This document shows positions 38,893-48,831 of a stretch of 64,000 nucleotides of DNA, one piece after another; the first letter of the stretch is position 1, and each line of letters starts with the position of its first letter. The stretch covers positions 32,001-96,000 of the forward strand of contig CAMTVK010000021.1 in assembly GCA_947085185.1 (NCBI GenBank), read 5' to 3'. Both the position numbers and the translations under genes were made by a program. This DNA is from Candidatus Fraserbacteria bacterium. Its GTDB lineage: Bacteria; Bipolaricaulota; Bipolaricaulia; RBG-16-55-9; DRXL01. The notes under the pieces were generated by a model. That model was given only the letters and a program-made list of their open reading frames with translations, was not told the origin of the DNA and did not search any database.

Positions 38893-40089
38893 ATGGAACC
38901 TATCGTGAAGATCTTTCTCATCGCGATTCCGCTGGCTATCCTAGCTGGGCGTCTCCTCCCTCTGAAGTGGGTTTGGCGGCTGCCGCTTGGGGCCGCCATC
39001 GGCTTGGGTTTAGCCTTCCTCTTCACTTGGCTGGTGCCCCCAGGGATCACAGCCTATCTGGTCTCGTTTGCGATCATGGCCTCTATCTTTGCGATCTTCA
39101 GCCTGGGGCTCAACGTGCAGTGGGGCTACACGGGGCTGTTTAATATTGGGATTGCGGGCTTCTTTGCCATTGGGGCCTTCACATCGGCCTTGTTTACGAA
39201 GGCCATGCCTCCCCCTGAACTCGCGCCTTGGGTCAAACAGGCCTTCGGGCTAGAGATGCCGTTTTTAGTAGGGGTTTTAGCTGCCGCGGTCGTCTCAGGC
39301 CTAATTGCTCTCCTCATCGGGATCCCCACGCTCAAACTTCGCGAGGACTATTTGGCCATTGCCACCATCGGGATCGCGGAGATTATTCGTTTGATCTTTC
39401 AGAACGAGCGCTGGTTGGCCAACGGCCCCCAGCCCTTGATCGGCATCCCCCAGCCGCTGTACTGTCTCGTGCAGGATCCCCCGTGCGCTTGGCTACCCGC
39501 GCCCTTGCAAACTTTGTTTGCGCCCCTGGAGCCTCGTGACTACACCTACATCTATCTCGCGATTGTGGTGCTCTTTGTGGTACTCATTTATTTAGCCATC
39601 GAGCGGGCCATTCGATCTCCCTGGGGGCGAGTGCTCAGAGCCATCCGCGAAGAAGAGACTTCTGCCGCCATGAGTGGCAAGGCGATTTTCGCCTTCAAGA
39701 TGCAGGCTTTGATCATCGGGGCCATGATCATGGGGATGGGCGGGGCGCTCTATGCCCACTACATTGCCTCGATCGACTATGGGCACTTCACCCCGCTCTA
39801 TGCCACATTTATTATTTGGGTCATGCTGATGCTGGGGGGCAGCGGCAACAACAAAGGGGCCATGTTGGGGGCATTCGTCATCTGGGGGGTGTGGATGGGC
39901 AGCGCGTTTCTCACGGATTGGCTGCGGCCACTTTTGCAGGCCATCTCGCCCGATCTACCTGCCCGCAGCCCCTATATTCGCTATCTTTTGATTGCGGTGC
40001 TTTTGGAGCTTATTTTGCTCTTTCGGCCCCAGGGGCTTTTAGTGGAGGAAAAGCGGGTGTCAAAGCTCCTCGAAGAGAAACGGGGCTGA
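38893..40089 (+). CDS. livM: Branched-chain amino acid ABC permease
   Basis: GLNVQWGYTG, LREDYLAIAT, SPWGRVLRAIRE. Confidence 0.92.
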   Translation: MEPIVKIFLIAIPLAILAGRLLPLKWVWRLPLGAAIGLGLAFLFTWLVPPGITAYLVSFAIMASIFAIFSLGLNVQWGYTGLFNIGIAGFFAIGAFTSALFTKAMPPPELAPWVKQAFGLEMPFLVGVLAAAVVSGLIALLIGIPTLKLREDYLAIATIGIAEIIRLIFQNERWLANGPQPLIGIPQPLYCLVQDPPCAWLPAPLQTLFAPLEPRDYTYIYLAIVVLFVVLIYLAIERAIRSPWGRVLRAIREEETSAAMSGKAIFAFKMQALIIGAMIMGMGGALYAHYIASIDYGHFTPLYATFIIWVMLMLGGSGNNKGAMLGAFVIWGVWMGSAFLTDWLRPLLQAISPDLPARSPYIRYLLIAVLLELILLFRPQGLLVEEKRVSKLLEEKRG

Positions 40090-40185
40090 AGTCAGCGCAC
40101 CCACAGCATCGCCACGCTTATGATAGGCCAGATCGCGAATGAGCTGCTTTGCCGGAGGATTGGAGAAGCTTTGGGTAAGAAAACC

Positions 40186-40215
40186 AAAGCGGGGGCCTCG
40201 CTTGAGACCCCCGCT
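40186..40215. terminator. Hairpin between convergent liv genes
   Basis: AGCGGGGG...CCCCCGCT inverted repeat; A-tract on plus gives a U-tract for the minus-strand gene. Confidence 0.55.
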
Positions 40216-40247
40216 CACTCGATTCCGTCCGTTGGGTCTATTTGAGC

Positions 40248-41561
40248 TTACTCCGGCGGGATCTCGTCGGCCTTTCTGATTAGCACCGTCTTGATGGTGC
40301 CGCCGGTGTACATCCAGATCGCTTGAGGCGTGACCACGTCGCCGTTTTTGTCGAAGTCCTGCTCTCCCGCCGCGCCGGAGTAGTTAATGTCTGCCGGTGG
40401 CGTCTTCTTAAGCTCATCGAAGGCTTTCTTGAACTCGTCTACGCCCACAATCGCCCCAGGCGGGTTAGAGACGATGCGCAGCCGGTCACGCAGAGCCGTC
40501 CCCGTAATGGCAGCTCTGTCTACGATGGCCTTGGCGATAGAGAGCCCGATGACCGCCACGGCGTCGTAGGCCGAGTCCATGAAGGGCAACGGAGGCTTGG
40601 TGCCATACTTCTTCTCATAAGCCCCTGAGAACGCCTTGAAGCCTCCCCGCTCGGGGTCGGAACCTGGAGACGTCCCCAGCTTGCCTTCTAAGTCCTTGGC
40701 TCCGATCGCCTTGATGATCTCCTCTGACTGCGTGCCGTCCACAAACTGCCAGCTCGTGTATTTGAAGATGTCGCGGGACTCCTTCAAGTAGACGGTGGCA
40801 TGGCCCGGATAGCCGATGGCCAAGAGCACTTCGGGATCGTCCTTTAAGGCCAGTGCTAGCTCTGACGTGTAAGTGGGCTTGGGCTCCTCAGGGTGAGGCA
40901 CCTGAGCCGTCACCACGCCGCCCCTAAGCTGGAAGGAGCGAGCGAAGACGTTGCTCAACCCCTGGCCGTATGGGTTGTTCACGTATATCGTCGCAGCGGT
41001 CCTGTACTTCTTGCCGATGGGCAGGAACTCGCCGCGGGCCAGCTGGGCGGCTACGACGCCCTGAAACGCATCGGAGGCTGTGGTGCGGAACAGAAAATCT
41101 TGGCCCACATCGGCGGGCAGGATGGTGATGAGCGGCGAAGTGGATGCGGGTGAGATTTGCAACACCTTATTCGGGATCGTCACTGTCGTGGCAATAGGGA
41201 TGGTCACACCGCTGGCGAGTGAGCCCACGATGGCCGGAACCTTATCGACCTCCACGAGCTTCTTGGCCTTGTCAACGCCGATGGCCGCTGTGGTGCCTGA
41301 GTCCTCGTGGATCAGCCTGATGATCGGTCCGCCGAGGACGGCTCTGGCGGCTTCGTTGATCTGCTCCGCTGCCAGCTCAGCAGCGTTGCGGAAGGGCGGG
41401 CCGAACTCTGCCAACGCTCCCGTATAGTCAAATAGCGTACCCACGGGCACGACCGGCGGCTGGGCGGCGAAGATCGGCCCTCGCAAGACCCCGCTCAACG
41501 TGGCCGTCCCAACAGCAAGCCCAATCCCCTTCAAGAACGTACGGCGTTTGAGAGCTTTCAT
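40248..41561 (-). CDS. LivJ/LivK-type ABC substrate-binding protein with Tat signal
   Basis: KRRTFLK twin-arginine signal; QISPASTSP, FLFRTTASD. Confidence 0.88.
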   Translation of the reverse strand: MKALKRRTFLKGIGLAVGTATLSGVLRGPIFAAQPPVVPVGTLFDYTGALAEFGPPFRNAAELAAEQINEAARAVLGGPIIRLIHEDSGTTAAIGVDKAKKLVEVDKVPAIVGSLASGVTIPIATTVTIPNKVLQISPASTSPLITILPADVGQDFLFRTTASDAFQGVVAAQLARGEFLPIGKKYRTAATIYVNNPYGQGLSNVFARSFQLRGGVVTAQVPHPEEPKPTYTSELALALKDDPEVLLAIGYPGHATVYLKESRDIFKYTSWQFVDGTQSEEIIKAIGAKDLEGKLGTSPGSDPERGGFKAFSGAYEKKYGTKPPLPFMDSAYDAVAVIGLSIAKAIVDRAAITGTALRDRLRIVSNPPGAIVGVDEFKKAFDELKKTPPADINYSGAAGEQDFDKNGDVVTPQAIWMYTGGTIKTVLIRKADEIPPE

Positions 41562-41802
41562 CAAAACACCCCCTAAAGTTTTGGCGTTGGAGCCGTCGAG
41601 CACCGCAAAAAATAACTACACTCAGATTCCTCCATTATTTTTTGCCAACCACCTCCTGGCATCTGATTTTCGTCAGCTGTTCTTCCGGCGCTCGACGGCT
41701 TTTTGAGTGAGCAATATTATATATCTGTCCCTTTGGGGAGTCAAGACCCCCCCTGAGCGTCATTTGCTAGTTGAGCCTCGGCTATGCTATGCTTAAATAT
41801 CA

Positions 41803-42366
41803 ATGAAAGAACACAAAGCGATAGCTGATCTCGTGCGGCGTTTGCTCGCTCATATTGGGGAGGATCCCCAGCGCGAGGGCCTGCGCCAGACCCCACAACG
41901 CTTCACAGAGATGCTCGAAGCGCTCACCATGGGCTATCGCCAAGATCCAAAAGAGATCATCTCCGGGGCGATCTTCCCCGTAGCCTACGACCAGATGATC
42001 GTCGCCAAAGATATTCTCTTTTACAGTTTGTGCGAGCATCATATCCTGCCCTTCTTCGGCAAAGCTCATGTGGGCTATATCCCCGACGGCAGGGTGCTGG
42101 GCATGAGCAAGATCCCCCAGATCGTCGAACACTTCTCGAAGAGGCTGCAAATACAAGAGCGCATGAGCGAGGAGATCGCCGATTTCTTAATGGAAGCGCT
42201 CACTCCCAAGGGGGTCGGCGTCGTCGTCGAGGGCTTTCATCTGTGTATGGCCATGCGAGAGCTCCAAAAAGACGCATGGCTTGTCACCAGCGCTGTCAGG
42301 GGCCTCTTCAAGAGAGATCCGCGCACCCGCGCGGAGTTCATGGAGCTTATTGGGCGACGCTTATGA
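41803..42366 (+). CDS. folE: GTP cyclohydrolase I
   Basis: REGLRQTP, SLCEHHILPF, RLQIQER, HLCMAMR. Confidence 0.95.
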   Translation: MKEHKAIADLVRRLLAHIGEDPQREGLRQTPQRFTEMLEALTMGYRQDPKEIISGAIFPVAYDQMIVAKDILFYSLCEHHILPFFGKAHVGYIPDGRVLGMSKIPQIVEHFSKRLQIQERMSEEIADFLMEALTPKGVGVVVEGFHLCMAMRELQKDAWLVTSAVRGLFKRDPRTRAEFMELIGRRL

Positions 42367-42746
42367 GACGGCATCAAGACTGGCTTCGTCAAGCCAAGCG
42401 CAAGCTGGAGTCAGCTCAGTGGGCTATCCAAGGGCAGTTCTACGAAGATGCGTGCTTCGCTGCCCAGCAAGCAGCAGAGCTCGCCGCCAAAGCCCTTTTA
42501 GAGAGCCAAGGACGGATCGAGCTCGGCCATTCTGTGCTGCAACTGCTCAAGGCTGCCGGAGTGCGCCAGCGCAAGATCCTCGCCGCGGCTCGCCTCCTGG
42601 ATCGGTATTATATACCCACACGATACCCTAACGGCTTTGCTCAAGGGGCTCCTATGGATTATTATGATAAGCCCACAGCCCAGGAGGCGGTACGCCGTGC
42701 GCAGGATATCGTGGACTTCGTGGAAACCCAGATTAGCAGCGTATAA
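42363..42746 (+). CDS. HEPN domain protein
   Basis: DWLRQA, ACFAAQQAAELAAKA, GHS, LDRYYIPTRYP. Confidence 0.9.
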   Translation: MRRHQDWLRQAKRKLESAQWAIQGQFYEDACFAAQQAAELAAKALLESQGRIELGHSVLQLLKAAGVRQRKILAAARLLDRYYIPTRYPNGFAQGAPMDYYDKPTAQEAVRRAQDIVDFVETQISSV

Positions 42747-42750
42747 GCAC

Positions 42751-43161
42751 GTGGCAGCGCTCGAGGCCTTCCTGCAACGCGCCCAAAGCCACCTCCACCC
42801 AGCTGCCCTCATTCTCTTCGGCTCGCTTGCTAAAGACGATTATCACCAACAGAGCGACGCCGATGTCTGCGTCATCTTAGATCACCCCTCGGTGGACTTC
42901 TTTGCAGGGTACGATCGCGTCGCACGCTTAGACCCAGAGGGCATCGTCCAGCCCGTCGTCTTTGGCACAAAGCAATTTCTTGAGCAGATATCTGCGGCCA
43001 ACGCGCTCGCCTTGGAGATCTGTCATGATGGCATCGTCTTGGCTGGGCGTGAAGACTATCTCGATCAAGTAGCGTTGAGCTTCGCTCGTGTCCGCTACGC
43101 CAAGACTGCTACGGGCTGGATTAAAATCCCGCACCGTCGCTCGGCGTATACGAGATCGTGA
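42751..43161 (+). CDS. Minimal nucleotidyltransferase (MNT), partner of HEPN
   Basis: ILFGSLAK...SDADVCV; start approximate. Confidence 0.85.
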   Translation: MAALEAFLQRAQSHLHPAALILFGSLAKDDYHQQSDADVCVILDHPSVDFFAGYDRVARLDPEGIVQPVVFGTKQFLEQISAANALALEICHDGIVLAGREDYLDQVALSFARVRYAKTATGWIKIPHRRSAYTRS

Positions 43162-43798
43162 ATTCTGCTAAAAATCCACTAAAATCCCGAGGCGGCCCAG
43201 GGACTCTCTCAGAGAAATGCTCCCATGCCCCAGACCAGGGCGACCAACTGTACCCCAGCGACGCCCTCAGCGTAATCACATCGGTCAGCACGAACTCGAT
43301 CCCACCCCGCAGCACTATCGCCAAGAACATGCGACGTAAGAGCGTGTCGTGGGCCGTCTGCAGGAGACTTTCAAACGTCTCTTCAGTGATGGCACGCACC
43401 CCCAAGAGCAACGTCGCCGTGCCCACACCAAGACCGCCGCTCCCAAAGGCGCGCAGCGCCGGAACTCTCTCCGAGAGCGCCCAACGACGATCTACAAACG
43501 CACTAAAATAGAAGAGCGTGAGGCTCACCCGGCGCGCTCCGCGCTCCGCGCCCACAGAACCCTCGGCAATAGACAATCCTAAGGGAAGCCATGCGACTGC
43601 GCGCACCCGCGTCCAGCTCCCTGTCATGGCGATGGGCGCAGAGATTTTCGGGAAGTCACTCTTCTCCAAAAGCCCATTGAGATCGCTCAGATTCACATAG
43701 AACAGCGCGGAGACCGGCTCAAAAGTCGGCCACGGCTCTTGGGCGCAGGCAGCCCCCGCCCACACGAGAACCCCCAACAGACCGAGCAGCTTGTTCAT
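43121..43798 (-). CDS. Exported protein, possible outer-membrane beta-barrel
   Basis: Signal peptide; alternating hydrophobic strands (GGLGVGTATL, LRASLGY, LAEFTISY); GGAGG RBS. Confidence 0.6.
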   Translation of the reverse strand: MNKLLGLLGVLVWAGAACAQEPWPTFEPVSALFYVNLSDLNGLLEKSDFPKISAPIAMTGSWTRVRAVAWLPLGLSIAEGSVGAERGARRVSLTLFYFSAFVDRRWALSERVPALRAFGSGGLGVGTATLLLGVRAITEETFESLLQTAHDTLLRRMFLAIVLRGGIEFVLTDVITLRASLGYSWSPWSGAWEHFSERVPGPPRDFSGFLAEFTISYTPSDGAGF

Positions 43799-43848
43799 GA
43801 TCGAACCTCCTTCAACTTGGAACTTCGAACTTGCAACTGTGAACTGTT

Positions 43849-44739
43849 CTAATGCTCATACCCCCGATCGGGCAGAGTATAGCTTTCTGGGCCAAGCTGT
43901 AGAGTTATGCCCTGGTCTTTGGACACGACTCGCCCGATCACCGTGAATTCACAGACCCGCCGCGCCTCAAAGAGTTTCTCTTGAGGGAGCGTAAAGAGCA
44001 GCTCAAAGTCTTCCCCGAAAAAGAGCCCCATCTCGAAGATCTCGTCTTGATCGCGCGCCAGCTCTTCGACTTCGAGGGCGAACGGGATCGCCGTCGCGTC
44101 AATCTTGAACCCAACTTGACTGGCTTCGCCAAGCTGATAGAGCGAGCGCGCCAGCCCGTCAGAGATATCTATCATACTGCTGGCGAGGGGTGCGAGGGCC
44201 TGACCCTGGCGCACTCGGGGCAGAAAGCGCAACAGCTCATTGGCTTGCTCAAAGTCCTTCTCTGTGAGGAGCTGCAAGGCTGCCGCCGTCCGCCCCAGAT
44301 CGCCCGTCACGCAGACTAAGTCCGCGACGCGAGCACCGGAGCGCAAGACGGGTCTGGGCGCCTCCCCAAGTGCCGTCGTCACAACTGTGAACTCACTATG
44401 CCGATCAGTGTCCCCGCCCAAAAGGGGAGTCTGGCACGCGGTGCAGCACGCCAGCGCTCCATCCAAAAACTCCTTGAGAAATTTCCGATCAAACTGCGGC
44501 GCCCCAAGGGCGATCACAACCCCTATGGGCCGCCCGCCCATCGCGGCGATGTCGCTCAACGAGACAGCTACAGTGCGCCACCCCATCGTATAGGGCGCCA
44601 TCCCTTCGGGAAAATCCGTCTGACGGTGGAGCATATCGGTGGTCAGCAAGAGATTGGTCTTCTTAAACGGAACGACGGCGCAATCGTCGCCGATGGGGAG
44701 TCTCTCGCGTAAGAGCTTGATGACGTCGCGCTCGCGCAT
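43849..44739 (-). CDS. thiL: Thiamine-monophosphate kinase
   Basis: IGDDCA, SLSDIAAMGG, GGDT, IDISDGL, GEDFELLFT, GYEH. Confidence 0.95.
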   Translation of the reverse strand: MRERDVIKLLRERLPIGDDCAVVPFKKTNLLLTTDMLHRQTDFPEGMAPYTMGWRTVAVSLSDIAAMGGRPIGVVIALGAPQFDRKFLKEFLDGALACCTACQTPLLGGDTDRHSEFTVVTTALGEAPRPVLRSGARVADLVCVTGDLGRTAAALQLLTEKDFEQANELLRFLPRVRQGQALAPLASSMIDISDGLARSLYQLGEASQVGFKIDATAIPFALEVEELARDQDEIFEMGLFFGEDFELLFTLPQEKLFEARRVCEFTVIGRVVSKDQGITLQLGPESYTLPDRGYEH

Positions 44740-44754
44740 GGGCTTACTATACAC

Positions 44755-45513
44755 TCACGGCGACCTCTTGTCCATGTCGCCCATAATGGCCGCGATGTGC
44801 CTCTCTAATTTGGGGTAGTGCGTGCCGCGCCAGTAGGGCTTCTGGCAGCTTGTACAGATAAGAAACTCATCGTGCTCGACGGCGACCCGCGGGGGGATGT
44901 GGGAGAGAATCTGTTCTTTGGCGATGGGCTCAAGCAGCCCGTTGCACACCAAGCACCGTCGGAACGGGTCGATGAGCGCTTCTAAGTTGAAGCGTCGCAC
45001 GACGGCACGGGCTTGCTTGAGGGGATCGGTCGAGCGCAGCCAATAGCCGTGAGTGACGGCGTTGTGCTTGAGCAGATCGCGGTCGCGCGTGAGTACGATC
45101 CGCCCCTCTGCCGCCGCGATAGCTACAAGCTCCCTGTCTTCGTAGGAGTTTGAGTGCAGGGTGTCGAACCCCAAAAGCCGCAACAGACGCGCCAACTTCC
45201 CCAAGTGCACATCAGCAATGAACGCCATCTGTCTGAGTGGCTTCTCCCGCAGCTGCACGATGGGCGAGATGTCGAAGCTCTCGAAGACTGGGTAGACCGC
45301 AACGCGATCCCGATCGCTCAAACGATACAAAAACCCTACGGACTGCCCATTGACAATGATGAGATCAACTTCGGTGTGCGGCACCCCTAGGGCTTCAATA
45401 GCGTCCTTCACTGCCGGAGTGTTCTGAAATCTGTACTCGATATCACACTGGCGGTGTTTGGGCGGGAGGAAGTCGTTGAGTTCGCCGTAGAACCGAAAGA
45501 CTGCTGTACTCAT
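44755..45513 (-). CDS. Mut7-C RNase (PIN) protein with N-terminal ubiquitin-like domain
   Basis: RFYGELNDFL, GVPHTEV, DVHLGKLARLLRLLGFD, LTRDR, C-terminal CxxC...CxxC, YWRGTH. Confidence 0.9.
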   Translation of the reverse strand: MSTAVFRFYGELNDFLPPKHRQCDIEYRFQNTPAVKDAIEALGVPHTEVDLIIVNGQSVGFLYRLSDRDRVAVYPVFESFDISPIVQLREKPLRQMAFIADVHLGKLARLLRLLGFDTLHSNSYEDRELVAIAAAEGRIVLTRDRDLLKHNAVTHGYWLRSTDPLKQARAVVRRFNLEALIDPFRRCLVCNGLLEPIAKEQILSHIPPRVAVEHDEFLICTSCQKPYWRGTHYPKLERHIAAIMGDMDKRSP

Positions 45514-46381
45514 GGTCTGGGATGTATTTTACCAAGTTGGCACGCGTGAGCACAGTACGCTACACTCAATTCAGTGCAGGGCGGTCTTCCTTGACCGCTG
45601 GGATGGCACGTGTCCGCCGTGCGATGCAGCCATCAGCGCGGGATTGCAGCTGATTCTCACCGTGCGTGCCAACGGCGGCCCCCGCCTTCCCACAGCACCC
45701 CCAGCTCATCTTCATGCCTACCAAACGGCTCTTGCGGCGGTCCTCGATCGGTATCGCCCTGCAGTGCTCGTTGTGGAGAACGAAGAGAATTCGGCCCTGT
45801 TTTACTCCGGCACCCCGGAAGAATACGGCGTCCAAGTGCAAGCGGCCTGCGACGTTGCCCATCACAAACATATCCCCTGCACCAACGGAGGCTTGGTGAG
45901 TACGTTGGTAGCTCTCTTAGTGTACGATTATTACTTGTCCACAGGGCAGCTTTCTGCGGCTCGGGACTTTGCCTCACGAGCGTTCACCGCGGAGCAGCAA
46001 CAGCAGCTTGGGAGTGCCCAAGCTCAGGAGCAGATTCGCAAGGGCAAGGCACTACTTGCGGCTTACCGCGCCGCAGGTGTGGATTTTGTGAACTTTCATT
46101 GGTACATAGCCGATCCGGGCGCGCTGAAAGAAGCCGTAACGTATCTGCGGGCTCAGCTTGGCCGCCCTGTCATCACGAACGAAGTCGGGCAATTCACTGA
46201 TGATCCCACTGAGACGTGGAGCAAGATGAATACGATTGTGGAGCTGGGCCTGCCCATGGCCGTGTGGTTTGCCCAAGACGGGCCACAGGCCCGCGGGCTC
46301 GTCAACCCAAACGGCTCTCTGCGCCCAACAGGCGAAGCATTCCGACGCTTCATCGCCCAGACTTTTGGGACCAAACCATGA
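45512..46381 (+). CDS. Glycoside-hydrolase-like TIM-barrel protein, probably 5'-truncated
   Basis: VVENEE, NFHWY and ITNEVG resemble clan GH-A catalytic motifs; no RBS, and the start overlaps the divergent gene. Confidence 0.5.
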   Translation: MVWDVFYQVGTREHSTLHSIQCRAVFLDRWDGTCPPCDAAISAGLQLILTVRANGGPRLPTAPPAHLHAYQTALAAVLDRYRPAVLVVENEENSALFYSGTPEEYGVQVQAACDVAHHKHIPCTNGGLVSTLVALLVYDYYLSTGQLSAARDFASRAFTAEQQQQLGSAQAQEQIRKGKALLAAYRAAGVDFVNFHWYIADPGALKEAVTYLRAQLGRPVITNEVGQFTDDPTETWSKMNTIVELGLPMAVWFAQDGPQARGLVNPNGSLRPTGEAFRRFIAQTFGTKP

Positions 46382-46422
46382 CGCTTGACAGAGCTCGCTC
46401 AGAGAGCTACAGTAAGAGTGCT

Positions 46423-47019
46423 ATGGGAGAGTCGGCCAAGACCAGGCTCAGCTACGAGGAGTTCTTAAAGCTCTACGACGAAGACGTCCACGCCGAGTGG
46501 ATGGACGGCGAGGTGATTCTGTTGTCCCCAGCATCGAGTCGTCATCAAGATCTCTCAGATTTCTTAACAGCCATCTTGAGAGCGTATGTGGAAGCCAAGC
46601 GGCTTGGTGTCGTGCGATCAGCACCCTTCCAGATGCGCCTTGGGCTTTCTGGGCGCGAGCCCGATCTGCTCTTTGTAGCCCAAGAACATATAGAGCGCCT
46701 CCAAGAGAACTATCTTGACGGCCCAGCAGATCTCGTCATTGAGATCGTCTCACCGGAGAGCCGCCTGCGCGACCGAGGCGAAAAATTAGCTGAATATGAG
46801 CTCTCTGGCGTGCGTGAGTATTGGCTCATTGACCCCGAGGAGAAGCGCGCCGATTTTTATATTCTCGGCGATGACGGGCGCTATGACCGCCGTCGGTCTG
46901 GACCTGAGGGGCGCTATCGCTCCGAAGTCTTGAAGGGCTTTGAGCTGGACACAAACTGGCTCTGGCGTTCTCCTCTGCCCCCGGTGCTCGAGGTCCTGCG
47001 GGAGCTCCGGCTCGTCTAA
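46423..47019 (+). CDS. Uma2 family endonuclease (DUF820)
   Basis: REPDLLFV, PADLVIEIVSP, DRGEK..EY..GVREYWLIDP; TTGACA-17-TACAGT upstream. Confidence 0.92.
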   Translation: MGESAKTRLSYEEFLKLYDEDVHAEWMDGEVILLSPASSRHQDLSDFLTAILRAYVEAKRLGVVRSAPFQMRLGLSGREPDLLFVAQEHIERLQENYLDGPADLVIEIVSPESRLRDRGEKLAEYELSGVREYWLIDPEEKRADFYILGDDGRYDRRRSGPEGRYRSEVLKGFELDTNWLWRSPLPPVLEVLRELRLV

Positions 47020-47043
47020 AGCTCGCGTGTTCCCCTCAAACAC

Positions 47044-47087
47044 TTGACAAAATCTTTGTTTGCCCATATAATTAGGACTCCTAATTA
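47044..47087 (+). promoter_or_regulatory. Sigma70 promoter with overlapping palindromic operator
   Basis: TTGACA-17-TATAAT; perfect 9-1-9 palindrome TAATTAGGA-C-TCCTAATTA at 47069-47087. Confidence 0.85.
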
Positions 47088-47114
47088 AATCTCGCAACGC
47101 TCAGGAGGTTCGCT

Positions 47115-47693
47115 ATGACGACTATTCCCGGCTACGCCTACGGGAGCGCCGCTCCCTCGCCCGTCACAATGAAAGAGCTCAATGAGCTCAAGCAAGCCGT
47201 GCTCTTCACCCCCGAAGACGAAAGATATCTCAAGATGGCCGGCGAAGTCCTCAAAGACCAGATCGAAGAAGTGCTCGATCTGTGGTACGGCTTTGTGGGG
47301 TCCCATCCCCACCTGGTCTATTATTTCTCTGGGCCAGACGGCAAGCCCGACGCAAATTATCTTGCTGCGGTGCGCAAGCGCTTCGGCCAGTGGATCTTGG
47401 ACACGTGCACCCGTCCGTATGATCAGACTTGGCTGAACTATCAGCACGAGATCGGGCTGCGCCACCACCGCACCAAGAAGAACCAAACAGATAGAGCTCG
47501 TTCAGTGCCCATCGTCCCATTACGATATCTCATTGCGTTCATCTATCCCATCACGGCGACGATCAAGCCCTTCTTGGCCAAGAAGGGGCACAGTCCCGAA
47601 GATCTTGAGAAAATGCATCAGGCATGGTTCAAGTCGGTGACGCTCCAAGTGGCGTTGTGGAGCTTCCCCTATGCGAAAGATCGAGATTTCTGA
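47115..47693 (+). CDS. Protoglobin
   Basis: IPGYAYG, WYGFVGSHPHL, RFGQWILDT, EIGLRHHRTKKN, QVALWSFPY. Confidence 0.93.
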   Translation: MTTIPGYAYGSAAPSPVTMKELNELKQAVLFTPEDERYLKMAGEVLKDQIEEVLDLWYGFVGSHPHLVYYFSGPDGKPDANYLAAVRKRFGQWILDTCTRPYDQTWLNYQHEIGLRHHRTKKNQTDRARSVPIVPLRYLIAFIYPITATIKPFLAKKGHSPEDLEKMHQAWFKSVTLQVALWSFPYAKDRDF

Positions 47694-48283
47694 TGAGTGA
47701 ACTCGACGAGAAGCTGGTGGCGGCGCTGGAGCGGCTCTCGCATGTGATGCGAACGCTTCTGTGGGAAGAGGCTGTGCAGAGCCGCCTCAGCCCCATTCAG
47801 ATTCAGACGCTGATCTATCTGAGTTCACATCCGGAAGAGCTTTGCCGGGTAGGGCAGCTCGCCCACGAGTTCGGGCTCACCCCAGCGACCATCAGCGATG
47901 CTGTGGATGCCCTCGCAGAGAAGGGTCTTCTTGTACGTCGGCCCTGGCCTGAAGACGGGCGCGTCTTGACGTTGTGCTTAACGACCGAGGGCCAGCGTCA
48001 AGCGCAAAGGCTTTCGCGTTGGACCGAAGCGCTTCAAGAGCAGATCGCGCCCTTCCCCCTCGCAGAGAAGGAGCGTGCCTTGAGGTTCTTCTTGGAGCTC
48101 ATCGAGCGGCTCTATCGCGCGGGGATCATCACAGTTGCGCGGGTGTGCTTGACGTGCCGGTTCTTCCGCGCGAACGCCCATCCCAACTCGCAGACCCCGC
48201 ACCATTGCGCATTAATGGACAAGCCCTTGGCCGAGAGCAAGCTGCGCGTCGATTGCCCCGAGCATGAAGCGGCTCATTGCTGA
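47693..48283 (+). CDS. MarR family regulator with C-terminal Cys/His cluster
   Basis: LSPIQIQ..., ATISDAV..L..KGLL, DGR; CLTCRFF...HHC...DCPEH. Confidence 0.9.
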   Translation: MSELDEKLVAALERLSHVMRTLLWEEAVQSRLSPIQIQTLIYLSSHPEELCRVGQLAHEFGLTPATISDAVDALAEKGLLVRRPWPEDGRVLTLCLTTEGQRQAQRLSRWTEALQEQIAPFPLAEKERALRFFLELIERLYRAGIITVARVCLTCRFFRANAHPNSQTPHHCALMDKPLAESKLRVDCPEHEAAHC

Positions 48284-48831
48284 GCGCTCCTAGAGCTTTT
48301 TGCCAACAGCCAGATCACTCCCACCCCTAACAGCACATCCCCCACGCTGAACGCATTAGCAAACGGCACCCAGCTTGGCACCCAAAAGATATCTCCCAAA
48401 AGATTGAGCTTCGTCTGATCGCTCATCATGATGACATTCCCGAAGACGCCTTCTGTCAGCAATCTCTCGACTGTGGCTGTTCTGCCCGCAGCCCGCAGGG
48501 CTTCAAGGGACGCTGGCATATGCCCCCCATTGACGGTAATGACAAGAAAATTCGAGAGCATCCCCAGGGCCATCAACCACAGGGCCTTCTCGCGATAATT
48601 GAGCCCCACAAAGAGCAGTAAGAGCAGATACGACCCTATGTGTAAAAACTCCATGCCCCAAGTGACGAGGGGCTTCGATCCTGCCCCTAGGGGCAGGATC
48701 AGAATTTGCACGAGCACAGCGAGCAGCACCAGCCAGCTTGCACGCAGTTTCAGCTCTGCTAAATGGGCTATCCCTCGATGGCGTACTAGTCCAACGAGAA
48801 GCCCTAAGAGAATCGCCCAGAGGAGAACCAT
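48274..48831 (-). CDS. DUF5317 family membrane protein
   Basis: GMLSNFLVITVNGGHMP, LLGDIF, AFSVGDVL motifs; multiple TM helices. Confidence 0.85.
   Translation of the reverse strand: MVLLWAILLGLLVGLVRHRGIAHLAELKLRASWLVLLAVLVQILILPLGAGSKPLVTWGMEFLHIGSYLLLLLFVGLNYREKALWLMALGMLSNFLVITVNGGHMPASLEALRAAGRTATVERLLTEGVFGNVIMMSDQTKLNLLGDIFWVPSWVPFANAFSVGDVLLGVGVIWLLAKSSRSAQQ

Noticed and set aside
42030..42746. 238-aa ORF suggesting a long HEPN protein or folE-HEPN fusion
   Set aside because: The upstream part is an alternative frame of folE; HEPN similarity starts at ATG 42363.
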